Source of the DNA: Guillardia theta CCMP2712
Taxonomy: Eukaryota; Protista; Cryptophyta
DNA length: 64,000 bases
Assembly: GCF_000315625.1 (NCBI RefSeq)
Contig: NW_005434586.1
Coordinates: 293,184 to 357,183 of the forward strand
Direction: 5' to 3'
The translations under genes and the position numbers were made by a program. The first letter of the stretch is position 1; each line of letters begins with the position of its first letter. Below the pieces are notes generated by a model. That model was not told the origin of the DNA. It worked only from the letters and a program-made list of their open reading frames with translations, and ran no database searches. Below, piece by piece: positions 21,435 to 33,900 of this stretch.

Positions 21435-22892
21435 ATGGAAGAGCCGAGTATGGTTGGCCGCTACTCCTGCCGCTACTGATCCAGCTACTGATCCAGCTAC
21501 TGATCCAGCTACTGATCCAGCTACTGATCCAGCTGCTGATCCAGCTACTGATCCAGCTACTGTTCTAGAGACTGATGTGCCACTGATCCTACGTGATGAT
21601 CCCTGACTGATTCTTGTCTAGTGATGATGCTACCTCTTGTCTTTGCTACAGTCCCTCGCAGCCTCCTCGACGCCCAATGAAGATAGGGTCAAAGATACGT
21701 CGACGTGATTCACGACCGTGATGAGCAAGGGGGACGTGGAGCATAGTAGTGCATGCTCGGATGAGGAGGAGAAGGAAAGAATCCTCGAGTTTCTCGAGTT
21801 CCACGACATGAAGTCAAGTCGAGCGCTGGAAGCCATCACGGAGACGCTGATCCCTTCAGACCACGCAGTTGCCTCTGAACTTCTCGCACGACTCAACCTC
21901 GTCACTCAAGTGGGTGTGATGCCTTCGTTCTCCGATGCCGGAGCTAGGACGGGCTACCTCTTGAAGCGGATGATTCATCGGAGCTCGATCCTCGCTGCAT
22001 TGTTTTTGAAGCGCGAGACAAGTGTAATGATAAGCGCAAAGATGGAACAGGATGTCTGCAGAGTCATTTCGCTGGGTGGTGCCGGAGGGTCAGACGCCAT
22101 GGCGATGTATCTGCTGCGAGACTATCTCAAGGTGCTCCCATGGCATGCTGTTGCCGGTGTTGACGTCGCTACAGTCCAAGATGATCTTGGATGTGATGGT
22201 ATCGGACTACGAGGTCAGGGCTTGCTTCTTGGACGTCAAGAGTCTAACGGTAGTCGAACAGCCCGGATGGAAATCTGCTGTGGATCGCCTTGTACCTTCT
22301 CTCAGTGTTGCTGGTGTGAAGCAGAATGAGTCGGATCGAGTTGTGTTCGCAACTTGCGATGTCTGCCAAGGCCTTGATGTAGATACCTCATGTCTCTAAA
22401 CCGTTGTTGTTGACTGAGACGGACGAAGGAGGTTGCGAATAGGGAAGTCAAACAATTCTGTCGGCAGAAGGTCGACATCATCGTTTTTTCCTACGTAGAA
22501 ACGAGGATCAAGTGAACGAGCTCTGACAACGTCAAAGGTTCTGGTAGAAAATGCACTCAAGTTGACGACAGGCCACTTTGGAATATTACCTCAGATGTTT
22601 GAACGAGCGACAGATGATTGCATGTGAGTTGCCGTGAGACGAATCTTAACGATTAGCTTGACAATACTCGCAAGGTTCGTTTTCATTGACAGCAGTCTCA
22701 AACTGTGGGAGCCAATTGAGGACCTTGCCTCTGCTCATGGTGTTACTTGTTTCATACCTTACTGCAGCTGATCTACTGCAGGTTTGGTCACAGCACGCCT
22801 GAAATGGTCCAAACGAATTCTACGTATGCAACGCACAGCAAATCTGTCCAAGAACATCCTTTTTGTTTTCAAATCGTCAAGATCAGAGTAGG
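21435..22892 (+). CDS. Putative class I SAM-dependent methyltransferase (multi-exon)
   Basis: Motif I-like VISLGGAGGSD, acidic strand end VMVSDYE, VVFATCDV, DIIVFSY|VLVEN and FVFID; ends ..FVFKSSRSE*. Confidence 0.65.
21472..21562. repeat. 12-bp tandem repeat (gctactgatcca), about 7.5 copies, in the first intron
   Basis: Direct reading; one variant copy, gctgctgatcca. Confidence 0.95.
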
Positions 22893-23022
22893 AAAATATA
22901 GATGTGTTTATGGCAAATATCTCTTCTTATGTTTGGACAGAGAAAGATATCTTTCGTAGAAAGTCTCTTCACATAACCAGACGAGTGGCATTCTCGTCAT
23001 ACAGGGAGCTTTCTTCAGTGGC

Positions 23023-23988
23023 TTACCACTCGATGCCAGCATCATCATCAGGAACCCAGTCATCGTCATCACCGTCAGCCTGGGGGAAGAGACCCTTCTC
23101 CTTGAGCCAGCTCACGGACGCCGCCTGGCAGGTGTCCTTGTCCTTGAGGGGGAAGCGCGTCTCGCCATCACCAGCGATCTTGCCCTTGGCAAGCTTGGCA
23201 TCTCCCTCCACAAACTCTCCGTTACAGGAGGCAAGCACAGCCTTCATCCACTCTGATGCGTTGCACTTGTCGGTCTTGCTCTCAGGGACGTAGGCAAGCA
23301 GGGCAAGCTGCTTGTCGCCAGAGGAAAGGAACATCTTGCCGACCATTCCGGAACCTCCCTTGGCCTCCTCCTCATTGGGATCGGGCTCCTTGTTGGCTCC
23401 ATCCATAGCAGCAACGAGCAATTCCAAGTCTCCCTCAGCAGACTCGATCTGGGTGGTGAAGAACTCCAATCCACCCATGTCGGCGCATCCAGCCAATTCA
23501 ACACCCTTCTTGCCACCCTGAGAGGGAAAGTTTCAGTGAGCTTGCAGGCAAACAAATGGTCGCTGCAACGCATCAAAAATTGCATCCACGTCCAAGTTTT
23601 CCGATTCGATCTCCAGATCAATACAAATATCGATCACAAATTAAACAAAGTATCCAGGACCAAACAGGTGGTGTGTATCGTTCAAACTTCACAAACATAT
23701 CATTCGGTATATCACGACCCAAATCACTTCCATCGTCAAAAAACACAGGACATTATGCGTTCCACTTTCACGCAGAGGTTGCATAATCTCATCCCCATGG
23801 CATGATACGAGTGCAAAGTTTGCTGCACCCATTCACTGTACAAGATTTGGATTTGCACATCAAATAGGGCATTTGGCAGTCGACAACATATCTGCTAGAC
23901 AGCAAGGTATGCTGCCTCATCATTCATTGTTCATCGTTCATCGTCTCACCTCCTTTACCGCCGCCTTCATCTTCTTCGAATCCGCCAT
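23023..23988 (-). CDS. Conserved uncharacterised protist protein (2 exons: 23988-23950 and 23517-23023)
   Basis: MADSKKMKAAVKE|GGKKGVELAGCADMGGLEFFTT...GGSGMVGKMFLS...FPLKDKD..WLKEKGLFP..acidic tail; strong codon bias; 432-bp GT-AG intron. Confidence 0.85.
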
Positions 23989-23999
23989 ATTTCTGGCCT

Positions 24000-24690
24000 C
24001 CTGACGTCACAGCACGTGCCTACCCCTCTATATGTACAGTGACCCCCTGCATACCGGATCAAATGACCGGTCCAATTATCTTCTAATATCACTACCCTTG
24101 ACTCAATCACGAGCGAAAATGAAGTTTCACCCCCTACCCCTTGACTTGGACCCCCACCACCTTCAGTTATCTACCTTATACTCCAACAATACGACAATTT
24201 GGTATTGAGAACCACCACCTGAAGTGTCACTACCCTGCCAATGTGACCATTTGATCCGAAGTACCCTACCACTTTCCTTCCACCCAGGTCGCTAAAGTAC
24301 CCCTACCTCATCCCTCAAATTGCATCCCCTACACCCCCTGCCCGTCTCTTGTACCACCCTGTCCATCAACGGTATGTCATAAGGACCCCATCTGCTCATA
24401 CCCCTGTCAGATGACCCCTGTATTTGATAACCACTACCCACTATTCGCCATCAAAACTACCCCATATTTACAATGATGTCACCACCCCACCTACTCGTTT
24501 TAATGCGGAGTATTACCATGACCCCTGTCTTGTCACCCATGTACCCCCAAATATGACATACCGAATGGGACTGGGCCTAAAGGTACCCCACCTCTCAAAG
24601 TCCATAATTGTTGGGGAACATGACGGGTACTACATGTTAGAGCCTACAACCCCTGGGGGAGGTTGTAGACGTTAGCCCTCAGTCTCTAGT
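24000..24690. other. (T)ACCCC-rich, GpC-poor tract (type B) between divergent genes
   Basis: Numerous tacccc/accccc/gacccc words; no credible ORF. Confidence 0.7.
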
Positions 24691-24784
24691 CCAACCGTCA
24701 CCCGGCGCCGGTGGGAACCCGGCCCGGGACAAGTCGGGTCCGCCTCAAACAGGAGGCCGAAGGCACTAAGAGGCGGCAGCGAAA

Positions 24785-26173
24785 ATGGCGAGGAACCCCC
24801 TCCTTGCGTCGCTTCTCCTCCTGATGCTCCATACATCATCGCCGTTCATGTCACCCCTCAGTGCTCGCATGATGTGGAAGACAGGGTCTGCCTGCAGAAG
24901 GGCAATGCTCCTCCTCATGGAACCTCCCCGAAGGGTGCAGGGAGGAGGGGGGTTCCCAATAACTCCTCTGCAAGACTGGAATGAGATTGAGCGACGAGTT
25001 CCATTGGGAACATGTTCTGCAGGGAACACAGAGCAAGGTACGAGTGACTGGGTCCTGCTCACAGACAAGAGGTCGACTCTGAGAGAAATCTTCGATGTCG
25101 AGTTGAGAAGCACCCTGGGCGCTGTGGAGGTGGAATGGGGAGTCTGGTCGTTGAAAGCGAGGCCGGGTCAAGATGAGCTTCGGTCCCTTGCATGCAGTCG
25201 AGCACTTGTGCGTGTGCTTGTCGGACCATGCAGAGACGCTGATGAGATCTGCGAGGCAGTTGGGGACTCGTCGCTCTGCCTCGGGGATACGACCAGTTGG
25301 ACGATGCACCACGAGAGGATATCGGACTGCCAGCATGCGGGAGCCAAGGTAAGAACCTCGGAGATCGTCTGCTCGCTTGCTCGCAAGATCAAGGGTGGAG
25401 AGGCTCTCCCTCACTCCAACGTGCACCTTCGCTTCATCCTGCTGGAGTGTGCTTCAGGCCTCTCCCTCGGGCTGGGGTACTGGTCACGGCAGGATGAGAG
25501 CTTCCTGGACTTTCGCGGCAGCAAGCCCTTCACCTTCAACGCTGCGCTGGAGCCCGACGTAGCTACCGCCGTCATCAACGTGCTCAGGTCAAGATGCAGA
25601 GTGCAGGCAGCAGCAGGAGGCTGGGGGGTTGTGAATGCTTGCTCGGGGTCGGGGACATTGTTGTTTGCAGCGCTGAAAGGGGGCGCGAGTTGGGTTCTAG
25701 GCGTTGACAAGAATCTGAGATGTGTTGAGGGCGCAATAGAGAACCTAGAGTACTTTGGGTATCAAACGTCTCTGCTAGATCAGGAGAACGTCGAGGAGAG
25801 GGTACGAGCTGTGAAAGATGGCGGAGAAGCATTCTTGATACACGGCGATCTTGAGGGCCTTGGGGAGAAGGAAGCCATGATTGGTAAGATTTTGCATGAG
25901 AAGGGGAACACGATCGGAATCGTAGCAGATCTTCCGTTCGGAAAGAACCTCGTTACACACGAGGAGGCGTTGCGGGCGATTGTGCGGGGGGTCCGGAGGA
26001 TAGCAGGAGAACAGGTCGTCTGCCTGATATCAGGAGATGACATATCAGCTCTCATACTTGATAATGACTTTGACATCATCGAGCAAGCAAGATCGTTCAA
26101 TGGGAAACATTATGTTCTGTACATGACCTTTGCACTTGCAAGATGCGGAAGTTCAGTCGAGGACACCTCCTGA
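24785..26173 (+). CDS. UPF0020/THUMP-type RNA methyltransferase with a bipartite plastid-targeting N-terminus (intronless)
   Basis: KPFTFNAALEPDVA..VVNACSGSGTLL..LGVDKN..CVEGAIENL..IVADLPFGK; N-terminal signal MARNPLLASLLLLMLHTSSP followed by F and a basic transit-like segment. Confidence 0.85.
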   Translation: MARNPLLASLLLLMLHTSSPFMSPLSARMMWKTGSACRRAMLLLMEPPRRVQGGGGFPITPLQDWNEIERRVPLGTCSAGNTEQGTSDWVLLTDKRSTLREIFDVELRSTLGAVEVEWGVWSLKARPGQDELRSLACSRALVRVLVGPCRDADEICEAVGDSSLCLGDTTSWTMHHERISDCQHAGAKVRTSEIVCSLARKIKGGEALPHSNVHLRFILLECASGLSLGLGYWSRQDESFLDFRGSKPFTFNAALEPDVATAVINVLRSRCRVQAAAGGWGVVNACSGSGTLLFAALKGGASWVLGVDKNLRCVEGAIENLEYFGYQTSLLDQENVEERVRAVKDGGEAFLIHGDLEGLGEKEAMIGKILHEKGNTIGIVADLPFGKNLVTHEEALRAIVRGVRRIAGEQVVCLISGDDISALILDNDFDIIEQARSFNGKHYVLYMTFALARCGSSVEDTS

Positions 26174-26197
26174 AACCGTTTGGCGCTCGAAAATCTT

Positions 26198-28556
26198 TTA
26201 TTGCCTGGTGACAATCGTAGCGTCAAGCTGTCAAGAAGGTCAGCCGTTGGAAAGCACGTGTAAAGTTACCTGAGTTAAGCTGGGGATCACTTCGAGCAGT
26301 TTGACAGTGTAAAGGGGGTTCTCCTGCAACCTACACCATACTCCAGTCATCGTTACGCACAGATCAGCCTGTTCCATACGGGTTGTGCTCGAGGTACAAC
26401 GTCTTGAGCTTTTTGCAGCTTTTGAGCTCCTGGAGTGGAGATAAGGGCACAGACGATGGGGTGGGGAGGGAGAGAATAGACACGGTCACCTCCACTTTCT
26501 CAAACGCGTCGATAAGATTCTCCCCACACTGATGACAAACCAACGTCAGGGACTTGCCATCTTGCAAGGAAATCTGCAGACCCAAAGTTCCTCGAGGTGA
26601 ACGAGGTGACTCAGGTTCTTGATCTCAGTCCTGTCCGGTGTTGAGAGAGATGGAAACATGCGATAGGATGATCGATGGGAAGCTGGTGGGGGCTCGGGAG
26701 GTTGTTGAGAGCAAAGGGTTGGGAATGGGAGGGGAGTCGGGGTCGGGGTCGGGCAGGGAGGAAGAGGAAAATAGCAGATGAGCTGAGGAGAGGTCACTGA
26801 CAATCGATTTGAGCTGATATCGAATGTCTCCAGCTGTGTTAGCTCGTCCAATCCTGCTCATCATCAATCTGCTGTCTGTACCCTCCGCTGCCACACCTTC
26901 GATGCGCTCGACGCCATTGTGGCTCACGTAAAGCTCTTTTAGCCCCTTGCCACCCACGTCATGGATCGCTCATGTCAGGTTCGAGTTTATGACCTTGAGG
27001 GTAGAAAGCCCTTCGAGGACTGTCAACCTGTTGCTGGACACAGCTGAAGTCGACGTCAGTGAGCAGCTGTGTGAAGCCTGCATGCTGCAAGACCAAGTAG
27101 ATTCAAGCTTGTCAGAGAGTCTAATCCACTCAGCTGTGCAATCTACAGTGGCTGTTTCAGTACTTTGCTTCTGCATTCATCATCCCTCCGTCATCGTTAC
27201 CTTGTTTTTTCCCAGCCACAAGGTTTTCAGAGACACGAGAGTCTCCAGCCCTTGAATTTCCTGGATGAATACGACTGCATCAGGACTCACGTAAGACATC
27301 GGTGGTTTCACCCGAATGCGATTAGATCCCAGCTCCAAGTTGGTAAGGTTTGTTAAAGTCGACCTAATAAGCAGTTACTGTGACAAGAATGAAATATATG
27401 CTTCCTGATTGCAGAAGGATCAAAAAGCGATTGAACTTACAAATTTTCTATTGACGCTATCTTGTTGTTCACAAAGTAAATCTCCTGAGCACAAGGTCAA
27501 TTTCTGAGAGCGAGAAGGTGTCCTTGCCTCCAGCTTTTGAAGCGACTCAAGCTTTTCAATCTTTCGAATCTCATTGACTGCGCCACAACTCATGACTCAT
27601 TCCCTCTCAGACACTTTCGACTTACATGACAAGTCCAGCACTTTGAGATTGGTCAGACATTCAAAAAACGTCGAGGCTTTGAGATTGTTTTGGTATAAAT
27701 CGAGCTGTTTCACACAATCACAGAGCTGCAACACCTCAAACAAGCGCCTTACGTGCTGAAGACTCGTCAAGATTGACGCACATCCAGGGCTCGACAGCTC
27801 ATTGTCTGAGCAAGAGTTACATCATCGACACTCTCTCAGGTAACGACTCACCTCGTAGGACCAATTTCTTCAGTCTAGAAAGGATCGACAAGTCCGGAAC
27901 CTCCTTCAGCCGGTTTCCCGTCAAATCCTTGCCCAGCATGTCAGACTGCAGATGTCGTCTCCATCATGGCTCCCCACCACATCCGTCAGCCTCTCGTGTA
28001 GTCCTGTCAACACGCCTTGCGGGTGGAACGTGAAGTCAAGATAGCCTTTCCGAGGACCCGTCAGCATGGACCAAGAGAAGAAGAGGAGCAAAAGTACATT
28101 CTTCGTCCAGCATATCGTCCTCTCCTTCTCCTGCCACGCCAAACCTGAAGAAATCTCACAAGGCTTTCCCGTTGAGTGCAAGCAAGGCCACACCGGATCT
28201 TGTTCTGTGGCTAGGTCGTTACAGCAACGACACCAGGGGAAACACAGCACAATCAGATCGTGCGTCGTCACATTTGACATCCTCCAAGACAAAATAAAAG
28301 ACTAGACCAGCACGAATGACAAGTGCAAACAAATGCAGAACCAATGATACGGAATGAGATACCTGATCGTTGTCACCGTCTCCCTGAGCATCCTCCTCTC
28401 TGGAGTGTGGAGCAACAAGAACAACATCAGGAGCAGAACTAGTGGCAGAGGATGCGAGCACCTTCGATCCTGTGTAACAATGTTGCAGTGTCTCTCCCCC
28501 TTCCCGCCCTCCTCCCGTTGGTTTCCTCCCTCTCCATGTTGCGCCTCTCTCTGCAT
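26198..28556 (-). CDS. SDS22/PPP1R7-like leucine-rich repeat protein (many exons; start uncertain)
   Basis: LRRs DLTGNRLKEVPDLSILSRLKKLVLR, LDLYQNNL..LTNLKVLDLS, LKELYVSHNGVERIEG, LETFDISSNRL, LKTLYLEHNP; SDS22-type end VIPSLTQ|LDATIVTRQ*. Confidence 0.8.
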
Positions 28557-28589
28557 TAGCGACCTGTTGAAATTGAGGCGGACACGGGA

Positions 28590-28920
28590 TGCCCCTGACT
28601 CAGCTGAGCCGGGCCGGGCCCGGGGGCCCGGGGCCTCAGTGGCGGGCCGCGCCGCCCCTCAGTCTTCCAACTTCAAGGCTTTGGCCGCAGTAGGCCGCCG
28701 GCGACGGCACCCGCCGGGCCCGGCCGCGGCGTCACCAGCGGCGGGGGCCCGGCGTTTTTCCACTGCACTGAGCTTCAAGTAACAGTACGGTCACGGTTTG
28801 AGCCTCAGTGTAAAGAGATCGGACTGCTGAAAGTTGAGCTCGCCGCCGGCCCTGTCTGTACGGTGCCGCACTGCGGCGGCACTCGCCTCAGTCTGCGAGC
28901 GGCCGGGTCGCAGTCTATCA
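28590..28920. other. GC-rich palindrome island (type A)
   Basis: TGACTCAG at 28596, ggcccggg runs, acggtcacgg; upstream of the LRR gene. Confidence 0.7.
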
Positions 28921-29336
28921 CGTTCATATAACACCTGAACACCTGACTAAAGGCAACCCAAAGACTGAGATTTTTGCTATGAGCACGGTGGAAACCCCTG
29001 CTGATTGAAAACGCTCAGGCTGCTGATGGACAACGGGCGGCTGCTGATGGAAAACCCTGCTGATAGAAATGGATGGAATTAGCTTCTTTGTTCCGTGAAA
29101 GGGATGAATCCATCGATGAAAATGACTCAGACTTTGTTTTCTGGCTCAGCTTTCTACTCAGTTCAAGTAGTCTTATGACTCACCCGGTTTGTTTTTGCTG
29201 GACTCAACGAGTGTGAGCAAACATCCGTAACTTGTCAAGCTTCATTGAAGATATGATCAAACAAAAAATGTATAGCAAATTTCTGAGACTTAAAATTAGG
29301 TATCCAGCTTCTGAACAACATTGCAATGTGTGGTTT

Positions 29337-29820
29337 TCAAGGGCAGGCACCTTTCAGGGGTCCCTTCCACAAGCATTCATCATGAAGATCGCACCTCCCA
29401 TACCATTCTAGCCATTCCTTCTCTTCCTTAAATGATATCAACCACCCATCTCTTTCATCTTCTACTCCTGTATCCATCGCCATTGTCACATTCTCGGGCA
29501 ATACTTCCCGGTCGGAAGGTTCCTGAGATGCTGCAGGCGAAGGCGGTACTTCCAGCGACCATCGGGAGTACGGCCATCGATTGATTCCGATCTTTCGGCA
29601 TGCAGCTTTCAGAGTAGTTAGAGAGACCCCCTGCAACAAGATGAGACGACGAGCACAACAGGTCGAGAGCTCCTACCAGATTCTTGGCAGCAGCCTCCTG
29701 CGGGAGGTGAAATAGCGGCGCAAGGGTTGAAGAGCTCAGAGCTACTTGAGGTGCGGGTCCAGCTGTAGCGAGATGCTCGCGAGGACGGGGAGAGACGAAA
29801 ACGACTGCAGGAGTGCTCAT
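29337..29820 (-). CDS. RWP-RK domain transcription factor (intron 29631-29676)
   Basis: MSTPAVVFVSPRPRE..LAPLFHLPQEAAAKNL|GVSLTTLKAACRKIGINRWPYSR. Confidence 0.9.
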
Positions 29821-30059
29821 TACTGCGTGCAGGGGGCGGCGGGGCGGCGAGGCGGCGATGTGCCGGACGAAGACGGCAGGGAATGAAGGCTCCCTCCGAA
29901 AGCTCTTTTCAATTGAATCTGGCAAATAATTGTATCGATAAGATCTCTTTTCGATGGGGTCCACTCGCCATGTCTGTCAACTCGATGATGAGACCTCTTT
30001 TCGATGGGGTCAGATCCTCTAGACTGTTCAATTGGCGTTGAATCAAACTTCAAACTTGA

Positions 30060-30700
30060 CAGTGAAACTGGCCCGCTGCGCGCCTCGCAGGCCCCCTGAG
30101 GACTTCTTTACTCAAATGGCAATTCCCCCGGCCCCGCCATGCCCGGCCAGCCGGATCAGGATAATACCGTACGCGCCCGGCCCGGACTCCTCACCGGCGG
30201 CGCCCCGGGTACCACTGCGGTCCGCCGCCGCGCCCGGCACCGCCGGGAGTCGGAGTCCCGGTCCTCTTACGCCTCACAAGTTAATTCAGTAAGTAAATTA
30301 ACCTTGAACCAGCTGTGACTGAGCCTAGTAGGCAACACCATGACCGGCGGGTCCGGCCGGGCGGCGCCCGGCACGGCCTAGCCCCCCCATCCGATCATAT
30401 GACTCCCGATCGGCGCGCACCCGTGACTCGAGTGGCGCAGGCTGCCCCGCCACGGACTCGCCATTGACCGCCGTACCTTCGACTCGGTAAAAGGATGATC
30501 ATCACTGATCATCGGCTGAGATCTCAGTCGCAGTGTCGGTCACGTGACTCGGCGGCGCCCCGGCGGCCGCCGCCCGCGCGGCCGCCCGGCGGGCCCGGGG
30601 GGCGGTGGCAGGCGCCGGGGGCCGGGCGCCGATGATGGCCGCCGGGCCCGGCTGAGGGCGACAGGCCTGACGTCGGTAGCGAGGGATCATATCAATGCGG
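30060..30700. other. GC-rich palindrome island (type A) between divergent genes
   Basis: Same word set as 18080-19250; flanked by aaacttcaaacttga. Confidence 0.7.
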
Positions 30701-30964
30701 CCGGTGAAGCAAGAGGGGAGGGGAGGGGAGGGAAGGGCGAGGAGAGGAGAAGGAGGTCAAGTTGCCTGCTACAACTATCCCCTTGGTTGAGCTCAAGACG
30801 GAGAGAAAGTCAGAGGCTTGTCTGTGACCGAGGGCCATGCGTTGATGCAGAGATGGGTTGTGCTCCGAGGCCACGGGGACGAGCGCTTGGCAGGACAAGA
30901 GATGAGCGGTGGTTCCTTGAATGCTAAGAGAAGCAGGTCAAAACATCCAGATCGACGGTACAGC

Positions 30965-33900
30965 ATGTCCAGGCGCCTTTTGAATCTCGTCCTCTTCGCC
31001 ATATGGGCTGGAGTAACCGCCGATTTGCCCCCAGCGGGGTCGCGAGGAGTATTACCAGGTGTCAACCCCGTGATGCTCAGTTGCGCTGCTCTTGTTGCTC
31101 GGGCAAACTGTGAGCAGCCAATCATGCATATTCGTGGTGGTCAGCGCAAGTCTGCCGTCGACAAGGCTGAAAGGACTAGCAGAAAGACGGTGCAGAGAGA
31201 AGCTGGTAACAAAGGGAGCAGTGCGAAGGAGCCTGTGAAGAAGAGGAGGAAGAAACGATTGTCTTTCCCTCCTCGCAACACCTCTGATGATTTGAGGAAT
31301 CCTCACCTGGAGGCGTACGAGCTAGGAGGGCCGAAGATCTACAAGAAGGTTTACGGCTACAGGGGAAGGAAGGCATTTTGGAAGGCCGTGCGATCGGACT
31401 GGAGTGAAATGACGGAGAAGCAGATGGAAGAGAAGGCAAGCTCGATGTTCTTGGCGGTTTGACATGTTCTGACATGTTTTCTCAGCTCTTGAAAGACCTC
31501 CATGGGCAGGAAATGGCTATCAAGAAAACCATGGATGAGGACAATGTGTATGTCAACTCGCTACCCTTCGGGGAGCTAGGGATCTGGAAGGGGACCCGCA
31601 AAGGGCTTTCTGGAGTCCCAAAGATGTCAGAGTATGCACTGACTCTGCATGAAGGACGAAAGAAGGGGTTGAAGCCGACGGGGCGACTTATAGAGAAGGT
31701 GGGTGGAGAGTTTCATCCCTCACTTGTTAGCATGGTTGTGATTCCTGCGCTTTCAGCAATTTGGAAACAAGACGATCGAAGTGCCTGAGATGACAGAAGA
31801 CGGTCTGTACGTCAACCCCATCACCGAGACAGTTGAAAACCCGTACGAGAACACGAGGCTCAAACGATTGATGGAGGAGCGCGATAGGATCTTTGCTGAG
31901 CAACGCGGTCTGATGCATGACAGGATGGGGCAGGGCGAGGGTGGCACACAAGGTGGAGTGGGAGGGGAGGGAGGGGAGGGAGGAACGAAGACAGGAGTTG
32001 TAGCTCGTAAAGGAAACAGGACTCTTTCCCTTGTAGACCACCTCCGTCTCCTCAAGGAGTCTAAGAAGAAGATGACCAAGGCACAAAGGAAGAACCAGTA
32101 CGTGCTTGGTTTCTCACCAGAGTCCGTCGAGCGCGTCTTGAACGGGACGTTTGCGACCAACAGCGCATGGGGCCCACATAAGGCAATCATGGGAGTGCAG
32201 AACCCTGTGTTCGGAGAAGTCTGGGGAGGATCCCGGCCTTACGCCGGCCGCAAGCGCATGGACGCCTCGTGGTTTTTGGAAGGAGCGCTCAAAGGCAACG
32301 ACAAGGCCCAGTACCACCTTGGCATCTGTTACGCCGAGGGGCTGGGAGTTGAGAAGAGCTACAAGAGAGCTGCGGGATGGTTTTCGAAGTCGGCAAGGCA
32401 GGGCCACGTCAAGGCTACGTACGAACTAGCGCTGTGCTACAGGTACGGGGATGGAGTTTCCAAGAGCTACACCAAGTGCCGTCGGCTGCTGCAGTCGGCA
32501 TCTCGCAAAGGGAGCCTCCCTGCGTTAGAGGACCTGGCCGTGGCACACTTGAAGGGGAAATTAGGGCTGGAGCCGAACGCCTCAGCTGCCGTACCCTTGT
32601 TGATCAAGGCTGCCGATAGGGGCAGCAAGAGAGCCATGACGTGGGTTGGGTTGATGTATGCGGAGGGGAGGTATGGCATGCTGCAGGATGACGAGAAGGC
32701 GGAGTGGTACCTCCTGCGCTCTGCTCGAGAGTACAAGGAGGGATCTCAAGTTGGTAAGGAGATACGAGCTGGGGCACGGGCGCTGTTCAAGCTGGCTCAG
32801 AGGTTTGCTGAGGGCCGCGGAGTGAAGCAGAATTACGAGAAAGCGATCGATTGGTACTCGAGAGCCTCGATCAAAGGCTACTCCCCAGCTTTCTACGAGC
32901 TCGGAATGTGCTACATCAAGGGGCTCGGGGTACCCAGGGACGAGAGGATCGGGGCGAGGCAGCTGGAGTTTTGCTGCAACCGGGGGTACTCGAAGGCATT
33001 TTCTGAGTTCGGAAAGATGCTGCTGGAGGGTGTAGGGGTCGAACAGGATGAAGCCAGGGCGAGGAGGACTTTCATGATGGGGACCTTGTATGACGATCCG
33101 GGCAGCATGTTGAGGTATGCCGAGTGCCTTGCAAAGGGATGGGGAGGCGAAATCAACCGAGAGTCAGCCCTGAAGTGGTTTCAAAACGCGAAGTCGTACA
33201 ACGAGACAGCAGCAGACGCTTCTTTGTCGCTCTTCCATTTTCTTATGGACATGCCCGGAGGGAGCGCACGGAGCAGGAAGAAGGAGGCGCTGCAGTACCT
33301 TAGTGAGGCCTCGTCCTTGGGTAACCATGAAGCTAGCCTCATCCTTGCACAGTGGATCCTCGAGCGACGAGACGGTCTCTCCGAGTACGACGATCACGAG
33401 GCGTTTACGCTCCTCAACCGAACAGCAGAAGAGGCGGCCGACCCGGAGAGCATGCTGTGGTTGGCCTCGTGCTACGCGGATGGGCTTGGGACGAAAAAGG
33501 ACGAAGATGAGGCTGCGATATGGATAGGACGAGCGATAGATGAGGGAGCGAGTGTGCAGGCAACATGGCTGGAGCGAGCAGCGGCACGAGGAAGCATCCA
33601 GGCAAAGATCACTCTTGTGAAACTGCTGGAGAAGGACCCGACGGTCGAGAGCTTGAGCTCTCTGATGAGACTCTGCCATGAACTTGCGAAGCTGGGAGAC
33701 CCGGAGTTCCGTTTCAAGTATGCGAGGCTGAAGCTCGAGGAGGCCAACGAAGGGACGAAGCTGCTGCAGTGGGATCCTAAGGTCAGCGGGAACCTGAAGA
33801 GGAAGGGAGCACAAGAGCAGAGGTTGGCAGAGGTCAGCATGCAGATGATCAACGAGATTGAAGCAGCAGCTGCTGAAGGGCATGCTGACGCCATGTACTT

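Noticed and set aside
23518-23949. C/D box snoRNA in the long intron
   Set aside because: A C-box-like ATGATGA exists (minus strand, about 23917-23923), but the only CTGA I found is about 390 nt away at the branch site, and I saw no terminal stem.
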